Positions 32,014 through 45,416 of a stretch of DNA of 64,000 nt are shown here, in pieces. The position numbers and the translations under genes are program-made. Source of the stretch: Paragordius varius (taxonomy: Eukaryota; Animalia; Nematomorpha); the NCBI GenBank assembly GCA_964247055.1, contig OZ176056.1, positions 5,642,001 to 5,706,000 of the forward strand. Reading direction: 5' to 3'. The notes below the pieces were generated by a model, which was given only the letters and a program-made list of their open reading frames with translations, did no database searches and had not been told where the DNA came from. Every line of letters begins with the position of its first letter. Position 1 is the first letter of the stretch.

Positions 32014-35000
32014 AGTTTATTCCTTTTTAATTAGATGATTATACGAGAGATAAAGAATCAAACTGAGATTAATAAAAATTTAAAATATGGCATTATATTC
32101 TCTATAGTTTTTCCTTTTTATAAAATTTTAAGGACAAAATCTAAAAACTATTAAAATAATAGTAGATAAAGACAGTCATATATTTTATACCTTGATGATT
32201 TGAATTAATATAACCAACTTATAGTGGGTTGCCAAACGAGGAATAAAGCTGAAAATTGGTAACACTATCATTTATATGTTTCACTATCATACTCATTTAG
32301 GTTGTATTAAAATTAAGATTTAAAAAAGTATGTCCGTTTTTATCCATAACACATATTTGTCATATTTTACTTTTTTTCGTTTTGTCTTTAATACTTTTGA
32401 TCAAAAAAAAGATTTTTATATAGCAAACGTTTTATTTATTGATTAATTATTTGTTTAGCGGAATTCGCGGTTTTGCTGTTTCAGACCTTTTGGCTTCTCG
32501 TTGGGATGGTCCTAGTCCTTATAAATCTTACTTTTATGTCCACAATACTGGAAATCGGAATCAAATTGACTCAAATATCGATTATGACATAATTTTTACG
32601 GCAGAAACTCACAATTTTCCTACAGGTTTTACTTAATTATGAAAATGCTTAATTATACTTTTAAAAAATGAAAGAGATAGCTTATGTTAACTTTTTTACT
32701 AAATTTAAAGTCAGCAAACAAAAAGACATAAATTGCAATAATATTTAGAAAATATTTTTAAAAATAATTGTTAAACACAAGTTAAAGCGTTATTTGTGAA
32801 TAATTGATTTGTGCATTATGTTTTTACATATACATAAACATTTTTAATTTACCTTAAAATTTATTAAATGTATCTTAGAATAAAATATGTGTTTTTTTAA
32901 TAATATAAATATTTTTTATTTAAAAGCCATGGTTTATTAAATAATAAATACATTTTTTGCGTAAAAAGCACATTAAATTACAAAAATATATATTTTTGAC
33001 ATTTAATAGAATTTCTAATATAAACAATTGATAAATCAGAAAAAAATGATAAATTATACAAAAAACAATTCTGAAATACTAAATAGTTTATTTTTAGGGG
33101 TTTTACGATAAAATAAATTTATAATTTTGACACCACCTATTTTCTAATCAGAGTCAAAAATGAGATGCAATTTCATCTAGTTTTATTCAGAGATTTTCAA
33201 ATATCTAGAGAATATATATCATATATATGTACGAAAAATAAAAATTAAATTTTATAATCAAAATCATGTCATCGCATCATTAAAAGTTAACTTTATTTTA
33301 AATGGCATGTGTGTTTTTAGGTGTTTCTCCTTTTGAGGGGGCCGCAACTGGGATAGGAGGTCGCCAACGAGACGTACAAGCTACGGGCAGGGGTGCCCTA
33401 ACCTTAGCGGGAACGGCTGGTTATGCTGTTTCACATCTCAATATTCCTGGTGATTTATTTTAAAAGTTTTTATGTCATGTATAACATTAGGAAAAATGGA
33501 AAACATATAGTTCAAATTAAAAAGCTGTTAGTTATTTATATATAATAAAAGTATGCGGTCAATTATCCTTAATTTAGGAAAAAGGGACATTTATATAATA
33601 ATAAGAGCGAATGGTTATAAATATAATTGTTCTTTAGGACTGGATGTTCAACATGAACTTCGCTGGTAGCATTCGAAATAAAATATGGGCTCACATATAA
33701 TTTATTAGATATAAAATATCAGACTAAAATTCAAGCACAAAATAAATTTTTTTTAGGTTTTGCCGATTGAATATACAAAAATATAAAAATTGTTCAAGAA
33801 ATGTTGATTATACAAAGATTTTATAAATATATTTTTACAAATTATAAATAAATATATTTTTCGCGGGCCGCACATAAAGTATTCGAAAGAGACGTGTTAT
33901 CCACCCCTGCTTTAGAATATAAGATTATACGGAAACAAACAAATCAAAGTAAACAAAATACATTAATTGGATATAGGATGTTACCATAAGATTTTTATTT
34001 GTATCATACTATCAATTATATTTATAATCAAAAATGAATGGAAAGGGTTTAGAAATAAAACACAATTGTATAATCATTTTTCGCCTTTTTACCTTTGTTG
34101 GTATGACATAGGCAAAAATAATAAAATTAGAGTAAGTTTAGTATAAGAAAGCCTCGTATCGTCTTTGTGTAATGACTAACCATTGTATACGTATAGAAGC
34201 TGTCTGTAAATTTACGATCCTCTCAGGCGTTATCATCACTGTCGGCAGCACTTAAATCATTATAAATTGTTTTTTTTAAGTTGGTGTACCCCGATTTTTA
34301 CCTTTGGAATTTAGGGATAAAATTTTATTTTTCCATTGTTCTGAAGCAGGTTTGATGTGTCCAAAATATTTAAGTCCATCTCTTCGGATCATTATTTTAG
34401 GTTGATAAATAGTTGATGCAAAAATCAAAATTCATTTACTAGACTTTTGAAAATCAGATGCTCTTAGAACTTTTTTATTATAATAACCTATTTTTGGCGC
34501 TAACCCTCAACATTTTTGGATGAAAAAATTAATATCAAGTATGACACCCATTCACACATCTATACCCTTTTACACAGTGCGCACAAAAAAATAAACGAAC
34601 ATGAGTTTTATTTAGAATAATAAGAAATCCCTTAAAAAAGAAGACCCCGGCAAAATGCGCCCCAAAATGGAAATATTCCATTTTTTTATTTTTGACTAGA
34701 AATAGATTTTTGTCCATATTTTTTAAACTTATTGAGCAAACACGATAAAACTTTTATAGATTATATAAAACCTAATATCATAAGAAAAATACACAAAATT
34801 AATAATTTTTTTATTCCACAAAAATAGAATTTCGTAAATTTTATGACATTGTCGAAATATATTATAAAAAAAATTATTCGTAATAACTCCATATAGTTAT
34901 TATTACACTTGGCAAATTTTAACATTTTTTTAACTCCCATTCTTGTAAATTTAAAATTTATTTCATTAAAGTACATAATTAGTATATCTGAAAAGAAAAT

Positions 35001-38000
35001 TGGTCTAGCCTGCAAGAATTTTTTTAAATTGGAGTTTATCGATAATTTTTGGCCCCAATTTAACATTAAAATTTCGAAAATTAAAAGTTTTAGATATGAA
35101 GCCATGTATTGTATATCATTCGAAAGAGCGCCAAAAACTGCATCTTTTAAATGGTAGTAAGTCATTTAAATCAATCGGATGTAAAAGTTATTTGGGTTTA
35201 AATGGTCGAAATTTTCAATCCTTAAATAAGTCAAGAATTTTGACGGAAAAACTAATTTGAAAATCATATAAATTATTTTAATATAATTATTATGGTTATA
35301 TTAGTATTAAATTTAAAAAAATGTTAAAAAAAAGCTTTTGGTTTGCTTTTTTAATAAAAATTATTATTATCATAAATATTTTACCTAGTGGATACTATGC
35401 ATAGTTACAATCTAAATTTATTACATAATGGCTATAAATAATCAAAAATACCTTAAACTTTGTTTTTATCTTTAAAATTTCGAAATTATCAGCCTCTTAA
35501 AGAAAATAAATTAATATTAATGAGATGGTAATTTTATAAAAACAAAAAACTTAAAAATGGCTGTTTTGGGTGACTTAAAAGCAGTTTTAATCAAAAAAAC
35601 TTTCTTGTGTTATCTTTTTTGGACATTCATCACCATCTAAACAAAGTTTGAGCTATTTTCATCCATTAGTTTTAAGAGAATAATAATTAAAAAAAATGCT
35701 CTCGCTTCGCGCGTTTGTCGCTCTTTGTGTCCAATATTAACTGTCGATGTAATATATATTAGTGTGCATTTTATAGAGTTTTTATTACTCTTTCGAAGGA
35801 TATATTACAAATGGGCATTACTTGTATATTTTCAAAAAACATTTTTTAGTAAAATTTTGATAAAGAGGGCGCATAATCAAAAAAATCAAATTATACAATA
35901 TTCTTCCATCGAGTTATAATTTTTATTTCAGATTTACTGTTAAAATGATACTAAAGATCAGAAAATGCAAAAAACGCGAGTGGCAGAAAAATTTGTTGTC
36001 CAGTGTTATTTAAGTTTTATTACTCATATATAACATACCAAAGAGTTGGTATATCCAATATAGGCTATGTTCTTTAAGTCCCTCAAAAAATTTGTATTTT
36101 TTGAAATATTTTCTTAATTTTTGTTTCATTTTCATAAACAAAACTGCAATTTATAAATGCGAATAAAAATACCAATAAAACTTCAAGATTATGAAATTAT
36201 ATATATATATATATATTATTTAATCACATAGTTAATTAATTCAATCGCAAATTGAATAAGGACCTTTTCTGCTATATATATATGGAAGGTATCATCTTAA
36301 TGCAAATTTGATTAAAAAAACTGAGCAAATAATTACCTATTACAACATGTATTTTGCTGAGAAATTAGTTCATTACAAGGAAATATGAACCCCTAGCAAG
36401 ATAGTTATACTAATTCCGGTGGAGGACTACAGACCAGGATGGAGAAGGGTTCCATCAAACGCTCAAACATATAGAAGTTTGACTAATGTATTCATTGTGT
36501 ATAAATTTAAAATTCTTATAAGTATTTGAAGTGTTTTTGTTGGGTGAGACTATCTTCAGATTTGAAGCTTGTCGTATTTCGAGAGCATCATTAATGTTTA
36601 TATTCATAATTTGTTTGATTGCATGGTAGCTTTTCCATGTGTGTGTGATTCTATCTTTGAGATGTTGCAGGAGCAATTTTTGCAAACGAAATTTGTATTT
36701 GACACTATCATGATAAGACCGGAACATTTTTATTTTAAATTTTGTAAAACCTAATTATATATTCTTATTGTAAGAGAAAGCTAAAACTATTGAATAAAAA
36801 TAAATTGATTTATTATCAGTTTTTCAATATATATAATTATAATTGTTTGATTTATAATTTGAGCCATAGAGTTTCTGGATGTAGATTATTTGAAAATGTC
36901 AGAATAATTTTGTTGCAAGGAAAATTCTATTTTGTAATCAAAATTATATGAAGAATACGTGAAACTCAATCTGGCTTTAATATATTCTTTACAAGTAGAA
37001 TTTAACTTATTAAGCTATATATAGTGTATAGCAGTTGCCAAAAAAGCTATTTATATTTTCGATACTGCCTTCTGTATATCAAATGGTCTTTAATTAAATA
37101 TTTTATCTATAGATTAAATAGTATATAAACATTTAGCCATAGTAATGTAATGGGAATTTCATAATTTTTGAATTTTGCTAGTTATTTCAGTATTCGGGTT
37201 TAAAAATTGCAGCTTTTGTTTATGAAACAGTGAGAAGCATGTGAGGAAAATGAAACAAAAATAAAGAAAATATTTCAAAAAATACAAATTTTTTGAGGGA
37301 CTTAAAAAGATACATAGCCTTTATTAGATATACCAACTCTTTGGTATGTTATAAAGTCATAAACTCAAATAATAATAACTATAGGAAGTTATTACGAATA
37401 ATTTTTTTATAATATATTTCGACAATGTCATAAAATTTACGAATTTCTATTTTTGTTAAATAATAAAATTTATTGATACTTTAAAATAATTTTATGTATT
37501 TTTCTTAAGAATATATTAGGTTTTATATAATAAATAAAAGTTTTATCATCTTTGCTCCATAAGTTAAAAAAATATGGACAAAAATCTATTTCTAGTCAAA
37601 AATGAAAAAATGGATTATTTTTATTTTGAGGCGCATGCCCCAAAATTTTGGGTCTCCTTTTCCAAGGGATTTCTTATTATTCTAGATAAAAATCATGTTC
37701 GTTTATTTTTTTTACCCCCCTTTTTTGCGCACAGTGTTATGCAACCCTAAACAATAAGATATATCCCCAGAACTTATGTTTGTCTTTCATAAAAAAATAT
37801 GGTTATCTTTTAATTTTTACGTAAATTGTCTTTTTTACATTAATTTTTACTGTATTAACATAGTGTGTTACCAATTTAAATATCTCTTCCTTTTTTGCAA
37901 TTCAAAACGTTAGATTATTGAAAAAACGATGTTTAAAAATATGATTGACTATAATTCTTCGTTGTTTAGAATTTCATACCAGCAATCATAATTTACATTT

Positions 38001-41000
38001 CTAAGTTTTATTTATCCAATGTAAATTTCCTTTTTAATATCAATTTTTTCCGTACTGCAATCTAACTTACTTACCTATTATATCATACCTTATTTTATGC
38101 AAATTGGCTCTTAATAAATTTTAATTGTTAATATTTATATCCAGACTATAATTTACCATGGGAATCGGATTTCATGCAAACCTTTGCAGGCCAAGGTTTA
38201 AAAAGCGATCATTTAGCTCCGGCCCTTCGTATCCTTATTGAGGCAAGTAATGGAGCTAGTGATTATGGAAATAAATATGGTGAACCAATTATTTGTGGGT
38301 TCACACGCAGTTTTTGTACATCTTTTGTCATCAACATTGAAAATGATCTTTATTCTTCCACCAGCCCAGTATTGCAAAGCGAAAAAATAACTGAAAAGTT
38401 GTTGTCTTTTAGGGCCTGGTTAAAACCAATCATGTTTACGGGTGGCTTAGGACTTATACCACACGCTATGATACGCAAAGTTCCACCTCAAAATGGTATT
38501 TAGCTATAAGATTTATTAAATTTTTTATGAAGAGATTGGTTGTTAATGTATTGGTTCTTAGTTAATTTTTTCTCGAAAAATTTAAAGAAAATTTGAATGT
38601 TTGATAGTTTTTTGTAATTTTTATAAGATATTAGTTATTTTTTACACAGAAATTTCGGATTGGAAAAATATTGAATGCTTTTATATAGCTTCATATTTAG
38701 AATAAAATGGAATCTCAGAGGTTAAAAATGATTTTTAAATTAATGAAATATTTAACAAAACGGTATAAGAAAAATATTTTTAAATATTACACTAATTTTT
38801 ATATTTTAGCGTTTTTTTTTGTTTTTAAGGTATGCGTGTCGCCAAAATTGGTGGACCAGTCTATAAGATTGGTATGGGGGGTGGGGCCGCTTCGTCCAAA
38901 ACAACTAGTCTAAAATCATCAAGTAAATTTTTAATTTTTTTTCATTTTTTATTACTTATTATTTTAGCAATGACAACAACGCTTGTTTTTGTTTTTATTG
39001 TTAAAGAGAACGTATTTTTGTAATCATAAATACTCATAACATTTATTTAAACTAGACTATATCCATAAAACTTTCATTACGTGCTATAGTATCTTTTTCT
39101 ATAGATTACTAATTATATTAAAAATGAAACTAAAAAACTTATAATTTTCATTCATTTCGTATCTAAATCAATGTGTCCAAAAAAATTCTAAATACCGCTA
39201 AAAATATTTAGCTTGTGTCATGGAGCTTTTCAGTTAATTTTATATAATATAAGTACATCACAAAATTCGTAAATATCAGGGCCATAGGGCTGCGGTTTGA
39301 GTTTCATACCACTGATCTAAATTATCATTAGTTTTTATATTACATTAATATTTGATTTTTCATTTATTTCATTGTAAACGATACTACTACCATGTAATGA
39401 AAATTTAGATATATTCTATTTTTAAATAAATATAATCGATTTTTTTAACAAATAATTAAAGATAAAGAATCGAAGGAACATGTATTGCTTAATGGACACC
39501 GAAATGGTATGACAGAGGAAACCACAAGGTAAAGTTTTTAATACTATTAATTCAAGACCCTTATACATTAAATTATAAATTAAAACTATATATTTTTTTA
39601 TTATAATTATCCGCTAATAGGGTTGGGGTGGATATATCATATATCAATAACCAATTATTTATCAAAGGTTTATAACATGATTAAAAAAATAAATATGAAT
39701 AGTAAAGAATGTAAATTTTACATATTAATGTTAGTGAATTAACATATTTATTTATTGAAACTCGGCAAACCCCAATAAATTTTTTACATTTGTGGTAATG
39801 ATAACTGCTTATGATTATGAATGACTGCATTTACATGCGATCAGACCGGGTATCCGTGTTTTCTTATCGGTTAAAACCCCCAATAAATTAAACTTTTAAT
39901 AAATTTTGCTTCTAAAAAACGAGAAAAAACAACTCAAATAATCTGAATTATACTTTTTAGAGAAAGTGAATTAGATTATCAAGCCGTACAAAGAGGTGAT
40001 CCCGAAATGCAACAAAAATTGTATAGGGCTACAAAAGCTTGTGCACTTAGTGGTATGTTTTGTGCTCCTAACTGCAATCCAAGAAAAGAACACATAAAGT
40101 GTGTTGAAAATGAATTATCATGTATGGGGGATTTGGATATAAATTCCTCAAAAAATTTAATTAATCCAATACAATCGATTCATGATCAAGGTGCGGGTGG
40201 AAATGGTATAAACTAATTTTTATTTTGTGGAAAATTTAACAATCCCTTTAAAAGTGAAAAACCATCATCCTAAGTGGTATCCAATTATTTACAATAATGT
40301 TTTAGGAAGGGTGTTTTAGAAAGCGTTATGGTAGTAAGTAGGGCGCTGGACTCTTGCACTTGGTTTTGTTAATATGTAAATTCCCAAAGTTAAAACCCTT
40401 AACCTGCACAATTTTGCCATCATCACTGTCAATGTTAGCCATGGGCAGGCGAGTGTTAAAGCTTTTACAAGTCCCCCCTTTTATATTATAAAAGAATCAA
40501 GGATGTCCAACACGCTTTTTTCGGTATGCAAAAGTCATTTAAAAAAATGTTAATAAAAAATTAATTCCGATTAAAAATTTTACGATTATTTAGAACATAT
40601 ATCATACAAAATTGGACCTAAAGTAATTAATAAACAAAAATTATCAAAGCAGTCACGAAGATTCATTATGTTAGACAGCGTTGCTTTACTATCTAAAATA
40701 TAACATTTACAATTCAAATTTACCCTCAAACAATAATTTTACTCTTGAACAATTTAAATTCACCCTCAAATAAATTTTAAGATAAAAAATTACATATGTT
40801 TTTTTATTTTTAAAAAAAATATGTTTTAAATTAAAATAATACTGAAAAAATAATAAACTATGCCATAAATATATATTTAATATTAATAATGAGTTATATT
40901 AGTTTGAAAAAAACATGATTTATTTTTAGGGTGAATTTGAATTGTTCAAGGGTGAATTTGAACTGTAAACGGTATCTAATAATGTTTTATTTATTTAGGG

Positions 41001-44000
41001 AATGTTTTGAAAGAAATCGTTGATCCTTTGGGTGCTTACATTGATTTAAATGCATTCAGTTGTGCCGATTCAAGTTGTGGACCACTTGAAGTTTGGACTG
41101 CGGAATATCAGGAAAGCAATGCTATTCTTCTACCCCCAAAACCTCCTATGCCTTTTGAAGGTTGGTAACCTCATTTTTTGAACGCTATTTTTTAGGTATT
41201 TAAAGTTAATATTAGTCTAGTTATGAAAAGTGTATTTAAAAACCTATATCTAACATGTATTTTACTTTTTTACCTAATAGATAATAAAATATCATTGAAA
41301 TAATTTCTACAAGTATAAAATATAAAAAGCACCATTCAAAATCTTTTTATACCCTTTTTCGTTTTTTACGCATGTTTTTTGTTTGTATTTCTTTTAATTT
41401 TATATCCTAATCAATTATTTATTAGGGAATATCTAATTAATATATCATATCTCTATAAATTTACGCCAGAAAATTTTCTTACAACAAAAAATTATAACCA
41501 AAATTAAATTTATAATAGATAAGGCTTTACAAACATTACAATCAATCTGTAAGCGTGAAAAATGCCCATTAAATATTGTTGGGCAAATTGAAGCTGAAAA
41601 ATGCAAGGGATTCGTTATTTTTGGTTCAAATTCACAAAATTCATCTTTCGCTTATGAAAAAACGCATTTTTCTACGAATTATCTCAAACTCCCGAGCTCA
41701 GAAGCCATAAGGAAAAAGGTAAAATATTTTTTTTTAATTTTTACATAAGCAGCGCTTTTAAATTTATTTCCACCTTTCCTATTTTAAAATATAGCTCAAT
41801 AATTTAGAATCGTAGAAATTCCAGCACATTTTCTCTCAAACATGCTGGTTTGTTGTGGTTATTTTAAATGAGCCAAAAAATTTATCATTTATAAGTTTTA
41901 TTTTCAAGTAGCTATAGCATATTATTAATTATTATATATTATATTTGATAAAGTATTTAATATTTCAAAATTTTCCTATATATGAAAAGTTCCAGCAATC
42001 AGAATCATTGGTTGGACGGGTTTATTTTTAACAACATTTTATATGGTTTTATTGAAATTTCCTGTGTATTTAGATTTTCAATCATTTATTTTTTAATATA
42101 TATTTTGTTTGTATGATAGATTATCCACAGTAGCCTACTAATTGAACCATACATGATCTCCAATGGTTTTGCCAAAATTATTATTAATAACCGCCAACCC
42201 AATAATACTATGATGATGAAGGTGAAATGTGCAAACCCTCCTAACCCTATTTTGATGTACATTGCTGGATTGCAGTGTGGAAAACAACCATATAATATAA
42301 ATCATAATCCAAATCATATCCAAAATAATTTTATTTTACAGTCTTTTATTGGTGGGGCTTTAAATCGAGTCCTTAGACAAGTGGCTGTCGGATCTAAACG
42401 ATTTCTCACAAACAAGGTAGGTATTAAATTGAATGAATTCTGTTGTTGCTTATTTGAGAGCGACACATGAAATTAGGATTTTAAGATTTATGGCTGTTTT
42501 GATTAAAAAAATTTATCATTTATTTTTTATTTACTGTAAAAATTTCAAATATATAATTAAACATTTTTTAGAGAATAAATGACTTTTTCATTTTCATAAT
42601 GCTATCATATAATGACAAAATAATATATATTGCCCTTATCGAAAATATAACTAATTTTTAGGTATCTAATATAATGCTAGAAATTACCCGTTTTTTCTAT
42701 CAAGCTCCATATACATTCCTACTGAATGCTATTAAATTATGTTTTATTATTATGATATAAAGTAAATCTAATATTTATCATCAAACATTCATCTTTTATA
42801 CGCAGGTTGACCGTTCTGTGAGCGGTCTTATAGCTCGACAACAATGTTGCGGTCCTTTACAAACTCCGTTATCGGATTGCGGGTGTGTCGCCCTCTCTCA
42901 TTTCCCACAAATTATGCATAGTCCGGCCAAAGGTGTAACTATTTAACTCATATTTTTTAATTTTAAAATAAAGGGATTAAAATATAATCGAACCCATACG
43001 AAGTTTACGACCCAACTGTTTAAAACTAAAATGGTAAAAATAATTTTAAATTTTTAGCTTACAGCATGCACATTAATGTTGACCAATTCGCATTATTTTT
43101 GGAGGGCAATAATGTAATACAGTAGCATATCATATAAAACAAATATTGTACATAATTAAATTTAATTTTATATTAGGATAAGAAAAAATTGTAATACGGT
43201 GCATTTTTTCATTACTTTTTCCTAGATCATATGTAAACTATTTTGGCATATTATTATATTTTTTAGGCAAAATAATACACACATTTAACAACTTTTCATA
43301 GTTTAGGTGTATTTATAACATTGTTTATAAAAAATAAAATCGTAAGTAAAAAAAAATAGAACTTTAAAATTAAAACCTAAATATATTTCTTAGAAAGACG
43401 CTCATACTTTTTATATTATATAACTTTATGTCTTCGGTTACAAAATATGGAATAGCTCCGTAAATTCTTAACACATTCGATTGTTTAATAATTGGATTGA
43501 CAGATTACAGTAAAAATCGGAATTATACGGACAAAACGTTAAAATATAAAGACAAATTTTTTTCTTAAATATATACTTTTTATCATGTTTTTTTACATAT
43601 AAAACTCTTTGTTTAACTTTAAAATATAGAATATAGATGTATATTGGTAATACAATCAAATACATATTTTTCCGTTGTTAGTTAAATAATTTATTAGGGT
43701 AAATTAAGGTTTAAAATAGTATGGTTGTCTTTTAGAAAAAAAATTTGTCCTTATATTTTTACATTTTGTCCGTTTTCAATTTTTATTGTATAAGTAGAAG
43801 AAAATTTCAGTTTAAAAAGTATGAACCTCTTTTTAAAAAATATTAGCCTTTTAGTTTTCTCTTTTTTTTCATATAATTTTAATTTTTACCATATTAAATT
43901 ATGACTTACGTCATCAAACCTATTTTTTATTAGACCAATCAAAATAGGAAAGCCCTTAACATTTTAATTTGGCTTTTTTAAAACAAGTTATCGATTTTAA

Positions 44001-44434
44001 AAGTTTTCAATATTGTTTTTTTTTAAATAATTTTGTTTTTTTATTCATTTGTCAACACAACTCTTCTTTTTCAACATATTTTTGTAAATCTCAGAAGTAT
44101 TGGTTAGATTTTTACTGATAACACAAATTTTATTAATTGTATTTAATATTGTTAGCTAAGATTCTACTCGCTCCTATTTTATAGAAAATTCCATCAAATA
44201 ACAAAAACTTTTTTTAAAAAAATGTCACCAAAGAGTTCGAAACCTAATATTAGCTCAATAAATTAAATGGGGGTTCCATAATTTTATGTAAAATATATAT
44301 TATTCTATATTCTGTTTTAAAAAATATCCTTTAGATGAGGTTAAATTAATGTATCCTGGAAGTATTACAACCATAGGAGAATGTCCCATAAAAGTTTTGC
44401 ATGACAATTGTGCCGGGCCTAGAATGGCTTTAGG

Positions 44435-44483
<49 letters not shown>

Positions 44484-45377
44484 AATTATATTAGTTTTTC
44501 ATAATTAAAAGAGGGTAACATCATGAGAAATATGACAAAAGATCATATACAAATTTTTTGATTAAAAAGAATGCTAGTTACAAAATCTAAACAAAATCGA
44601 TATTTTTAAACAAATTTTCTCATTACTGCTTTCCAAATTTTGGCATGAAAGCAAAATGTTGATATAAATAGTAGTTATATTGTTTTATGTAGCTTTTTAA
44701 GTCTTATATTAATACTTATCTAATTTGAGGCGGCCTGTGCATTATTTGTGTTGGACACCAGAAAATATGCATTTTTTCAGTTAAACCATTTAGTAAATAT
44801 TTATAGCACCTTAATTCAACATTACCTCATTAAAATTTTCGGTCGTCTATTTACAATTTTAAATATCGCTTTTTTTACAAAAAATGTTAAAAACAAAACA
44901 AATATATCAATATTTTTTCGATAGGCCGCTTTACTTTTTTCAAATGTGTTTTTTTAGCCAAATCTCACAGTTTTAAATTGCAAAGTATGGAATAATAATT
45001 TATATTAATAAAACAATCAAATATGTATTTTACAATTAATTAATTTATAAAATTTTAAAATGTATGGCCGTGTTATTAAAATCTTGTGGTATTTATTTAC
45101 GTTTTATATGTATAATTTTCAAATTCCACTGCAAAAACGAAAATGGATGAATTAAAGATTTATAATTAAATATTTTTCAAAAAAAATATGTTTTTATTTT
45201 TTTCCGCATAATTTCAATTTATTCTATATATATATATTTATATTATGTAAGGAGAGGCATTAACAAACATGGTGGGCAACGTACCGATCTCTGCGCTTAA
45301 TGATTGTAAATGTAGCGTTAATTGGATGTGGCCTGCAAAATGTGCCGAAAAAGTTATATATTACTTAGTTTTCTATT

Positions 45378-45416
<39 letters not shown>

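Noticed and set aside
36455-36754. ORF-track ORFs inside the Chapaev-like element
   Set aside because: No recognisable motifs; the transposase-like relics are in other frames upstream. Probably chance ORFs.
40320-40460. tRNA/SINE-like GC-richer patch in a PFAS intron
   Set aside because: Only a vague A-box resemblance; no B-box or cloverleaf.
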